Shown: in pieces, positions 53,531 to 64,000 of the stretch
How positions within the stretch are numbered: the first letter of the stretch is position 1
Layout: each line of letters begins with the position of its first letter
DNA from: Octopus sinensis
Lineage: Eukaryota
NCBI RefSeq assembly: GCF_006345805.1
Contig: NW_021831849.1
Location: 235,188 to 299,187, forward strand
Reading direction: 5' to 3'
Length of the DNA: 64,000 bases
The notes under the pieces: generated by a model
Told to the model about the DNA's origin: nothing
What the model saw: the letters and a program-made list of their open reading frames with translations, nothing else
Database searches by the model: none
Translations under genes and position numbers: made by a program

Positions 53531-53604
53531 CGCTAATCGAAGAACAAAAATCGTTAAAGGCCGAAAGCATCTCACAAGAGACAACCGGGATCGGATGAGA
53601 GATC

Positions 53605-53800
53605 TAATTCATGAAATGAGAATAAATAGGAAAGGAAAAAAAGAATATCTTATTAAATGGAAGAATATTCACTGTTATATGATAATTTGTTTATATAAAT
53701 TTAGTGATGATAATACATGGGAATGTTCTGAGCTTATTGATGATTTTAAAAAAAATCATAATACTAAAAAACAAAATCCAAATTACCTGAAATAAATTAA
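53605..53800 (+). pseudogene. HP1-like chromodomain fragment
   Basis: IHEMRINRKGKKEYLIKWKN..|DDNTWECSELIDDF with an internal deletion. Confidence 0.8.
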
Positions 53801-54498
53801 AATTCGAATTCAAAATCCGAATTACCAGATTTTCAGTGATTTCTCTTCTTCGCTTGGAAGAAAAGTTTTCCATAAACTTTCTTTCATTCTCTATTTCTGC
53901 GTCAATAAATTTAGTCAATTGAGTGTCCTCACGACATTTGTTTTCTTTTTATAAATAACAATTAATTAAAATTGATCTAATTGTTATATTCTGAAAAAGT
54001 TGATCAAACTTCAGGGGGAATCCCTAATTAAAAAGATCAACTTAAAAGTCCTTCAGACGACTCTCTTAGCAGCCTGGACAACCCGCACATTGACGTATCG
54101 TCGTCATCAACGGTGCTGAATTATGGCAATAACTCTCCTCAATCAGAATGCTTGCTCTCATATTTCAAGACAAACTTTTTTAATGGTCAACGGAAACAGT
54201 GAAACCACTGTAAAAGTAAGGCGGCGACCGTTGACAATTTAGCCACTTAATGCTGGAGTATAGTTTACCATGGAAGTTATAACGAGGTGATGAGATTTCT
54301 CGATCTTCTGCTCTGCAATAAGTATGGCTTGAGGCGAATTCATAGAGTTCTATCGGTGTCTGAGAATTTTAATAATAGCATTTTAATAATATACGTTCTA
54401 TTAAAAATGTGTTTTGTTTTAATATATTTTAGATTTAAATGTTTTTCTTTTTATAAATAACAATTAATTAAAAATTATCTGATTGTTATATATTCTCT

Positions 54499-54620
54499 GA
54501 TGGTACACGCTATCAAACGAGAAAATACAAAAACTGAATTTGAGGTAAGCAATTCATGGAGTGAGAATAAATAAAATGAAGCAAGTTATATTTCAGTGTT
54601 CGGAAATCAATTTGACACAA
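54499..54620 (+). pseudogene. Heavily deleted HP1-like copy
   Basis: Retains the upstream flank and MVHAIKRENTKTEFEV, then jumps to the exon 3 acceptor. Confidence 0.75.
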
Positions 54621-54621
54621 A

Positions 54622-54658
54622 CTAACCCTGACCCAAACCCCTAACCCTGACCCTAATC
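54622..54658. repeat. Short telomere-like (CCCTAA/CCCTGA) tract
   Basis: CTAACCCTGACCCAAACCCCTAACCCTGACCCTAA. Confidence 0.6.
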
Positions 54659-54887
54659 AACCTGGGCTCGTATTCAACCGGTCACATTTCTTATATAACT
54701 TCTTTTGTTTTGGAAAACCAAACGTGAACAATCCATAGTATATAGCGTGCGTAATATTTAATTAAATTTGATGAAAAAAAGATATTAACAAATTAATAAA
54801 TATATTATAATATTTTTAAAGTGCCATTTGTGTCATATATTCAATAATTTCGAAAAAATTTATAAAAATTACAATATGACTAATCGA

Positions 54888-57205
54888 TATTATTATTATT
54901 AGCACTGTCATAGGAACATAATGTAATTTAAACTAATTAAGTTCCCACATGTGCCACATATGAGACTATCTTTTCGGTCATAATTTTCCATGATGTGCGG
55001 TTGTATGCTATACTCCTGAGAGTATCTAGGTCGTCTCCATTTTTCAGTTGTCTTTTAACGCGTTGTAGTTCTTTTGAGATTACAATAGGTAATGTATTTC
55101 GTGGGCGTCCTCGGGACGCAGATCTTTCGTCCTTTGCGTAATATGATTCCATTGCCCAGTTAGCATAAACATCCTGGTCGAGTCTTAGAATGTGGCCCAA
55201 TAGGCGCCAACGTGCTTCGGTAATGTCCACACTGACGGGTCTGCTGTTGCAGATATTGTATAGGGTGGAGTTCTTGATTTTCTTTGGCCAGTTGATGCCA
55301 ATAAGAATTCTTAACTGTCTTCTATGGAATGCATCAAGAGATTTTGATTCAGACTCAGATATTCCCCATGTTCCTCCGTTGTACAAAAGTATGGGTTTAA
55401 TAAAAGCATTGTATAATTTGGCACGTAAGGCCGTTCCAACCTCGCGGTTTCGTAGCCAAGTGGTCCGCAGTTTGTTAAGTGCAACAGTCGATAGCATCTT
55501 TCTCCTCATAATGTCTTCACTATCTCCTAAAAGAGTTCCAACTTTTTTCGAGTTTCGCCATTTTTCGTCTGTTCTATTTGCCTCCCGGTTGATTGTTACA
55601 TATTCGGTTTTTTCTATGTTCACTTTTAAGAACCATTTTTCCAGTGCCTGAGGAGCAATGTTCAGCAGTTCTTCGAGTGTCGACTTATCATGAGACAAAA
55701 AGTCTACATCGTCGGCATATATCACTTCAGTTATTGAAGTAGTCTTCACTAGTTTTCTCAGATCTCTTAGTGCCGCTTCAAGATAGACAATGAATAGTAC
55801 AGGTGATATTGAATCACCTTGGGGCGTTCCAATGCTTGTTTTGAAAGATCTTGATTGTACGGGTCCGATCTTCACCGTTAACTCGGTGTCTATAAGTAGT
55901 GCTCGAACCATTCTGATCGAGTCATTGTCAAGAATAGTTTTGAGGATCTCCATTAGCTTGTCTCTGCGGATTGTATCAAATGCCCTGCTCATATCAATGC
56001 CCAATATTGTGGTCGCCATTTTAAATTTCTGAGATATGGCACAGATCCATCTATGTCCCCATACTACATCTGCAGTTGATCGCCCAGGCCTGAATCCACT
56101 TTGGCTAGCCGACAGATATTCATTAACAGGGTCCTTAATACGTTCCAGTGTTACGAGCGAGAAGAATTTTCCTTATTGTGTTCAAGAGTATGATTGGGCG
56201 AATGTTGTTAAGAGGACCTTGCGGCTTGTTGGGTTTTTGGAGAGGAATTAGCGTTCCTTTCCCAATAGGCGGTATGGTATTTCCATGGAACATCTCGTTC
56301 AGGAGATTTGTGATTATAGTTGAGATCTCCATTGGGGAGTACTTTATCAATTCACCGTTGATGTTGTCTGGACCCGCCGCACGGTTGTTTTTTAATTTTT
56401 TTATAGCCTTCAAAACTTCAAGGTGTGTTATTTTGTTGTTTAGATAACGTTCTTCACCCTCATCGAGAGCATCGGCCCTGCCATTGAATAGTATTTCGAA
56501 GTGGTCGGCGATTGTATTTACCATTTCGATTGGGTTTCCAATTGTTTTCCCATGTTCATCGTGCACAACCAGTTTTGTTTTCTGTTGTCGTCGGCGTAGT
56601 AGTCTGATGGCTGCGTACATTTGCGCACCATCCTTTAAGTCTTCAACTTCTGATATTCGAGAGTTTAATAAAGCTTTCACGTATTTAAGATTTTCCTTCT
56701 TGATTGTTCTCGATATTTTCCTACGTTCTCTTTTGAGTTTTTCCTTTGCCTCCTTGTCGCTGGTGTGTTTTCAATTTTCAGTTGGATGGCTTTTTGTTTT
56801 GTTGCCATTTCGGCAACATTTGGATTCAATGGGTTTGAGTGGTTTCTGAATGCAGTCGTTCCAATGGTTTCCGTTGCAGCTTTGTGAATAAGTTTTTCTA
56901 ATATATCCCAGCTTTTGTTTGGGTCTTTTACCGTTTCTGTTACTTTTAGGTTTTCGATGATTGCCTGGGAGTATTTTTCCTTGGTAACATCTGATGTAAT
57001 CAGTTTTTCCACTGAGTATCTAATTCGGTTTGATTCATTTTCTTTTGAAAGAGGCGATCCAAAAATCTTTTCAGTCTCAATCGTGCCACAATGGCTTTGT
57101 GATCGCTCAGTGTAAGTGCCCCGCCATATGACCTGGCATCCAGCAATCGATGTTTTTCTTCTTGTCTACAGATGATATAATCGATTTGATTATAGATGTT
57201 GACGT
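54888..57205 (-). mobile_element. RTE-like LINE, 5'-truncated, few frameshifts
   Basis: NQIDYI (APE end), RAAGPDNI, RPIILLN, GIDMSRAFD, GTPQGDSISPVLF, IYADD, RWRLLGHILR, RGRPR; (TAA)n tail near 54890. Confidence 0.93.
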
Positions 57206-57254
57206 ACTAATCGATAATGTGCGCTCGGGGCGTAGTGCGCGTTGTGCATGCGAC

Positions 57255-58165
57255 ATATTTTATTAAAGGTTCTATAAATGCTTCAGAAATTAAGGAGTTT
57301 ACCAAAGACAAAGTAATTTCGATGAACTTTACGATGAAAGATGGATTGCCGATTTGGCTTTTTATGTTGATTTAACCACGCATTTGTCGGATCTCAATGT
57401 TGAATTACAAGGAAAAGGCAAACTCTGTATCAGTTATATGGAATATTTCTTCGTTTATCGAAAAATTATATTTATGGATGACTTCCCTTAAAGAGGGTGA
57501 TACATCTCATTTTTATTCACTATCTGAAAACAACGAAGGCGCTGCTTATGAAAAATACATATCCATAATTGGTGATTTAATTAATCAATTTGAAGCACGT
57601 TTTGGGGTACATTTATATAAATTTAATTTTTAGAATTTTAAAGAATTCCTTCCTTTAATGAAAATATTCGCAACTCCATTCAGCGTGGAAATTAAGGATG
57701 CGCCTGCAAAGTTTCAACTAGAACTCATTAATTTACAACACGATATAGAACTGGCGGCATTGTTTAAAAATGCGCCCATTATTAATTTCTACGAATTACT
57801 TCCTCGTGACAAATTTAAAAATATAACACAAAATGCATATATGAACATCTCAATGTTTGGATCTACTTATTTATGCGAATCAATATGTAGTAAAATGATT
57901 CGCATAAAAAATAAATATCGTAACAAACTCACCGATAATCACTTGAGTCAGCTTTTACGAACTTCTTCGAGTTTACTTATTCCCGATTACAAAAACTTAA
58001 TAAATAAATAATATTTTCTTTTTAGTTACAACGCCTTTTTTAGATACTTTCTTTTTAGTTACGGCTTGGAAAATATAAAAATATATAAAATATTTTTTGT
58101 GCGGCCCGCGAAGCTAATCTTAATTATCGATTTGGCCCTTGAGCTAAAAAGGTTGAGAACCCCTG
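57255..58165 (+). mobile_element. hAT (SPIN/GTF2IRD2-like) transposon, 3' part
   Basis: WIADLAFYVDLTTHL..LNVELQGK, FATPF, QLELINLQ, SMFGSTYLCE...KNKYRNKLTDNHL. 27-nt intron 57607-57633. TIR ...GGTTGAGAACCCCTG. Confidence 0.88.
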
Positions 58166-58199
58166 GCCTACATCGATGATAACAAGCATACGACAATGG

Positions 58200-58900
58200 A
58201 ACATATAGCCTCTGTTTTTTCTTCCATTAAAAAAAAAATTTCCCGAAGATCAATCAATGATCTGAGGCTTGAAAAACAAAAAATACTTGATAGTGATCCT
58301 CTCTTGATAGTTTTAAGCATTCCAAGTGGATTACTTGTGAAAATCAGAGATTAAGTTCTTCTTCGCTATAGTGTATGTTTGCAGACTGATCGGTATTTTC
58401 TCCAAACATAATTCTGAGCGGTGCTTTCCACCTGCCCCTGCACCCAAGGGCACCTTGCACGAGCTCTCACATGCTTTATCCTGTACTCATCACACAATCG
58501 GATAGGCTCTTTTGGGCTTAATTGCAGGTCTGGTGTTCATAAGCTTTCTCGCCTGACATTGGCAGCATGATTTGAGAACTGACATAACCTCACGTCTTAA
58601 AATCCATAAACATTATCTTTAAGGGGAAAAATCAGCTTGTCTCGACCTGGATGTCCATTTTTTTAATGGAGAATTTCAATAAACAGTTTCTTTTCTTCTA
58701 CTTCCTCGAGACCGAAGGTACGTAATAAGATTCCGGAAGTTTTGAAGTAAACAATGTCATTTTTGGAGTGCGACAATCTAAATAATGATGCCGTTCTCCT
58801 AAAATTTGACTCATTCTGATTCTGAATCACTTCATCTGGCATTTCACCATCCTTAAGAAATGCTATAATTTCCGACTTTTTCTGTAGGGTCAATAAAACG
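58200..58900 (-). mobile_element. Ginger/KRBA2-like integrase relic, sibling of 41465-42600
   Basis: Homologous N-terminus (EIIAFLKDG...NFRRTASLFRLS), GHPGRDK, IKHVRARARCPWVQG.VE. Confidence 0.65.
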
Positions 58901-59169
58901 AACTTAATAACAAAAAATTATGTAACGTGTTCGGAAAATTTCGATTTTCATATGAGGTCAGCCATTCTAAAAAATTAAAATTTTCTTTCTTTTTTAAACT
59001 AAAAATTTAAAGTGATGATTTTTGTGATTTTATTAATTTAATTTTTTGATAATCTATAATTTTGAGGTTTCGTTTTAGCGTAGCAACGGCACGGCGTTTA
59101 CGGCGAAATCGATATTGCGTATCAACGGCGTTAACGGCAAAATCGATTTTGCGCGATCTTTCTCAGCCT

Positions 59170-59582
59170 ACAATCACTCTCAACCGGTGACATTAATTAA
59201 TCCAGAAGAGGCATTGAAGATGTTAAATAAATTAAAGAAATTTTATTATCAAAATGAAAATTTTGATTTAAGTTCACTTGAATCAATTAACAACATGATC
59301 AGAAACTTACCTATGAAGAAAAAAACTATCGATGAAAATTTGGGAATTTCTTAACTTTTCTACAATTTGGGAATTTCTTAACTTTTCTACAATTTAAAAT
59401 TATATCATTTTAGATTATTAATCAGAATTTAATTACATTTATAATTTTTAAATTATTTTACATATATAATTTTCAATTTTTGGTGAACAACCGGAAGTGC
59501 AAAACCTCTATTGTCGCCAAATTCTAAATCCCGCCACGATTTGTTTGGTCCCAAAAAATGGCGAGATTTAGAGGTTTGACTG
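59170..59582 (+). mobile_element. Tigger/pogo 3' end
   Basis: Right TIR ...GATTTAGAGGTTTGACTG followed by TA; contains a 27-bp tandem duplication at ~59337-59392. Confidence 0.65.
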
Positions 59583-59584
59583 TA

Positions 59585-59695
59585 ATTTTAAGACAAAACA
59601 TTCGAAAGTAACGAAAGATTACATTGGAGTCTTTACGAGACACATATCAGGTCCAATTGATTAATTTTTTGATCTGTGAATTAATTTTAATTAGA
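59585..59695 (+). pseudogene. HP1-like last exon and 3' flank
   Basis: Near copy of 22315-22520. Confidence 0.75.
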
Positions 59696-59884
59696 TGTAA
59701 TTTGAAATCCTTTTGCCTAATGAATAATTTTTTCACATTTAATCATAAAATAATCATCTTTCTAAAGTCGACTTAATCAACCAGATGTTTACATTATTTC
59801 ATTACATTATTTACTTATAATTTCATTCCCCAGAATTTTATAGTGCCCCAAAATATCCGTATTTTTTATCGATTTTTCATTTTA

Positions 59885-61445
59885 CTCTGCCAAATTCCCT
59901 TCTCAGATCCTGCAGCTAATCGAAAAAAGAAATTCGTTTAAAGGTCGAAAGCATTTCACAATAGACAAACGGGATCGAATAAGAGAACTAAATAAAGTCA
60001 TTTCCAACAAATTAATAAAATTTTATGCCGGGATCAGCCATATTCCTCACAGGAAATACGATGGACCATGTCTGAAGTCCCTTCTACCTCGGAGAACCCG
60101 TGATATAATAATTTTTACTCACGAAGAAGTGTCCCAGACTATCAAAAATCTAAGAAGGACGGGCTTTTGTGGATCTGATGGAATTTCAACAATTCTGTTG
60201 AAGAACCTTGGGAAAGTAGAAATAACAGCCCTGGTTAAATCTATAACTTCTCAATAAACAACAATGCAATAACTACCATTTTTCAAGTTTTCCTTTCCTA
60301 AAACCGGGAAAGCCTAAATACGACTTAGCGTCATATAGACCAATCTCCTTTCCCTGTGTGTTATCTAAAGCTCTGGAAAGCTGGTACTCGATCAAGTCAA
60401 ACCTTACCTTCCTGAAATGAATTTCCAACATGGATTCAAAAGTGGGAAATCAACGGTCTCACATCTTTTCACGCTGACTAATTTTATCTCGAAAGGACTA
60501 ACGCTCAAACTCTGAAGCAAAAAGACGGTCATGTGTTCGGTGGACATTCACGAGGATTTAGACTTCGTGTCTACAAAAATACTGACTAGGACAATATTTC
60601 TTAGCAATATTTCCTCCATCTAAAAAAGTGGATAGTTAATTTTCTCACTGGGTGAAATGAAGAATCTATACGAAAAGTACAAATCAAGCTCGAAGTATTT
60701 TCTAAATGAAGTATCTCAAGGCTTGCTTTTATCACCAGCTCTTTTCAAATTATACTTATCAGATCTCCAGATGCCAAAAGCTGAAGATTTAATTGTTTTA
60801 CATATACGGATGATATTGTATTTGCATCTCGCAACCAAGAAGTCACAATAGCAGTGAAAAAACTGCAAAACTACCTCTAAAGTATTGAAGAGTTGTTGCT
60901 AATAAACCGGCTCTCAACAAGTCGTGAAAGTCGATTACCCTCCTTACTTCAGCAAAGAGACTCGTGAAAGAGGAATAAAGCTGTGTTTAAACGATGTGGC
61001 GATACAATTCCGAAAATTGCTAAACATTTAGGAAGTAACATACAACGCCCATATGTCTTTCCTTCAGCAAGTAAATGATGTGATCACTAAATGTATAAAG
61101 AACCTCAACATATTCAGAGTTTTCCTTCAAAAATGCAGACAATAGACGAGCCTCGCCACTCCTAAACCATCGATAAACAGTTCATGGAACCCAAAATTAG
61201 CTACGCCTGTGCAGAATGGGGAAAAACAATCAGTTACACCAACCGGGAGAAAATTTCAAAAAGTGAATCAAGAATTTTCAGAACTCTAGAAGAGTCAAAC
61301 GAAAAACTAAATGTTCCCACTTTTGAGGAGATCTTGCAAAGAACCTGGGGTACGACATTCATAACGACTCACCTGGCGGGCACCTAAAAGAAATTTGCGG
61401 AAACAAGGACCCTTTTAAGAGATACCGGGATCACTTGATTTGTTA
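59885..61445 (+). mobile_element. Degenerate Jockey-like LINE RT region
   Basis: GSDGISTILLKNL, KPGKP...SYRPIS, QHGFKSGKST, VSQGLLLSPALFKLY, YTDD; many stops. Confidence 0.85.
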
Positions 61446-61456
61446 TTTTGAGGTTT

Positions 61457-61756
61457 TAGACGGTGGTTTTGCTTGGGCGGAAAGGCAATCAGCTTCGTTC
61501 ATGAGATCGGGTCTTGCATGTCCGCTCTCACTGGCGACGTCCGCGAATCGAGATGGTTTTTCAAGCGGATATCCCTCGCGATAGTACGCTCTAACTCTTT
61601 CTCGATTGCGTCGGCCTCCCGCCCGTTTATTTAATCAAAGTTACCGAGCAAAAAACCATTTCAATTTTCGGGCGTCCCCTAGGAATGTCGATATTCGAGA
61701 CCCGATCTCCTGAACAAAGCTGACTGCCGTTCAGCCCAAGGAATTGCCGTTTCTAT
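61457..61756. mobile_element. ~300-bp GC-rich MITE-like element with ~60-bp imperfect TIRs
   Basis: CTTGGGCGGAAAGGCAATCAGCTTCGTTCATGAGATCGGGTCT pairs with AGACCCGATCTCCTGAACAAAGCTGACTGCCGTTCAGCCCAAG. Confidence 0.7.
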
Positions 61757-62689
61757 TTGCATTTGAGCTTCTAGTTCCTCTTCAAAACATTAATTTTAAA
61801 TTTATTTGACAATTATAAATTTTGTTGTTTAGTTTCTAATTTTATTAAAAACCTCATATAATTAATTTCTTTATTGTCCTCCTATTGACTAGACAGTAAT
61901 TTTGATGCGCGGTACAGACCGACGGTTTTGCGTGGTATTCAGTTGCATGTCGCAACGCAATTGGACGCTCCTATTAAAATAGCAAACTGCTCCAGATCAT
62001 TGGTCAGTTATTCTGGAACTGCTGGATTTTTCTCTCAAATAGAACCTAGAAAGAAATTTGCTGAAGATCGCAAAGGCCGAAAAAATGATGATATTTAACT
62101 TCAAAGAGAAAACTGTTTGGGTTAGAAGTTTCCTGTGAGAATTCCTTTTTATACTAGAATCTGTGTAAATTATTCAAAACTTTTTGAGCACATCCAAACC
62201 AAACTAAGGGGAGAAGCGAGAGAAATATGGTGATGTCGGGAATGCCAGAGTATTTGTTCCCATAAATTCGAAAATAAATAATTGTAAATAAATCTCAGTG
62301 ACGTAACATATATCTGGAAAAAATAAAATGAAATCTTTTTTGCTTTCGGATATTTTTTCGAGAGTTTTAACCCGAAACAAAATAAAATTTCATTTTAAAA
62401 ATAGGTTTTGCTATGACGAATAATATTTATTATTTTATAAAACCATATATATTTAATGTCCGGCTCTCTGGAAGACCCGATCAATCTGAACTTCAGTCTA
62501 TTTGCAAATGCTCCGACAAATGCGGTCATGCGTCCAGTGCGATCTTGTGTGGGTTTGTGGAAAGATTATATTCGTGAGGATGTTCACTGGTTAAGTGCAT
62601 TAGGATCAATGAAGTTTGTTTGGTTTTTACCATGGTCTTGGTGTTTTAATATATAAATAAATATTTAGTGACAAGCCCATCGGTAGGTC

Positions 62690-63450
62690 TGCAGCTCAAC
62701 TACAACAAGTCGCCGACTAACATCTTTTTCTGAGGTGACCTAGTCAAAGTCTTCGAGGAGTACCAAGGGTATAAGTATCTTGGTGTGGTTGAGAGCCTAG
62801 CCTCATTGATCACAGCCGAAACGAGAAAGTACATACTGGAGGGTGTGCGTAGTAGGGCGGCAATGTTATGCAAAACTTGCCTCAAAGCACTGAACTTATT
62901 TCATGGCTTGACCGAGTACGCCATTTTATTGCTAAACTAATACGTTAACCTGATCGAATTCGAGACGAGTGAGTGCGATGAAATGAATCTTACTGTCCAA
63001 AGAGTACTCCGAGAAAATCACGTCCACGTGTTGGGAAGCAATAAGGAGAGATTTTACTTGACTCGCGGGCAGCTAGGACGTGGATTGAGTAACATCGTAC
63101 ACTTAAGTGAGCGAATTCTTACTAAGATGCACGACACCTTGTGAAGTGGGTCGAGTGTATCCCAAAGGAAGGCTGCCATTCTTTGCTGCGGAAAAACGCT
63201 TGGTACACACCTAGGGACTATAAAAGGCTATGTCTCGGCTAAATATGATCTAGGTGCTAAAAGTTAATGTGAAAAAATTGATCAAACTTAGGGGGAATCC
63301 TAAATTAAAAGGATCAACTAAAAAGTCATTCAGACGACTCTCTTAGCAGCCTGAACAACCCGCACATTGACGTATCCCTCCATCTTCTGCTCTGCAATAA
63401 GTATGGATTGAGGCGGTCCAGAAAGATGCGAAGATGCGAATTTATAGTTC
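62690..63450 (+). mobile_element. R4/Dong-like non-LTR fragment (related pieces at ~19690-19960 and ~53995-54360)
   Basis: YKYLGV and ERFYLTRGQLGRGLSNI; the sibling carries HCKSKAATVDNLAT*C (zinc knuckle). Confidence 0.7.
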
Positions 63451-63598
63451 TATTGGTGTCTGAGAATTTTAATAATAACATTTTAATAATATACGTTCTA
63501 TTAAAAATGTTTTTTGTTTTAATATATTTTAATTTAATTGTTTTTCTTTTTATAAATAACAATTAATTAAAAATTATCCGATTGTTATATACTCTCTG

Positions 63599-64000
63599 AT
63601 GGTACACGCTATCAAACGAAAAAATACAAAAACTGAATTTGAGGTTGAAGCGATTCATGGAGTGAGAATAAATAGGAAGAAGGAAAAAGAATATTTTATA
63701 AAATGGAAGAGTTATTCACTGTTATTTGATAATTTGTTTATATAAATTTAGTGATGATAATACATGGGAACCCCTAAGAAATTTAAATTGTTCCAAGCTT
63801 ATTGATGATTTTGAAAATAATAATCATAATAAAAAACAAAATTTTAATTCCCAAAATAAATTGAATTTAAATACTTCTAAAATCAACAAATTAGATAGCA
63901 ATCATCAAAACCGTTTATCTTCTACAAATGTAAAATTTCATTTTATGCTATATTTGAGTGTTCGGAAATCAATTTGACACAAATTGACAAGATAACAAAT
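63599..64000 (+). CDS. HP1-like chromodomain protein, third open copy, truncated by the window end
   Basis: MVHAIKRKNTKTEFEVEAIHGVRINRKKEKEYFIKWKSYSL|DDNTWEPLRNLNCSKLIDDF... open through exon 3; the intron 2 acceptor is GAG. Confidence 0.75.

Noticed and set aside
55190-57115. Several plus-strand ORFs of up to 153 aa
   Set aside because: They are antisense shadows of the RTE ORF with no recognisable motifs. The same applies to the ORFs opposite the 28-30 kb LINE and the 38.8-39.5 kb CRE.

Overview
AT-rich animal genomic DNA (an ETS1/Pointed gene is present) in the standard genetic code, with ultra-short GT-AG introns of about 22-31 nt. This resembles dicyemid mesozoans; the taxon is an inference. 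Two compact gene islands are present: SMU1, an HSD17B10-like SDR, glycogenin and ETS at 1.5-9 kb, and NOL9 head-to-head with TELO2 at 45.7-50.1 kb, plus a type I PIP5K. They sit in a dense patchwork of decayed transposons (Tigger/pogo, Tc1, several hAT families, Merlin, Ginger-like integrase, Helitron, and Jockey-like, RTE, CRE and R4-like LINEs) and local segmental duplications. The most striking feature is a locally amplified family of a 4-exon HP1-like chromodomain + chromoshadow gene: about 13 copies or fragments in 45 kb, two intact (162 aa) and one open to the window edge. Also notable are DNA transposases carrying host-type micro-introns and an intact HSD17B10-like gene that has lost its catalytic YxxxK. 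All gene models were spliced by hand; no database searches were run.
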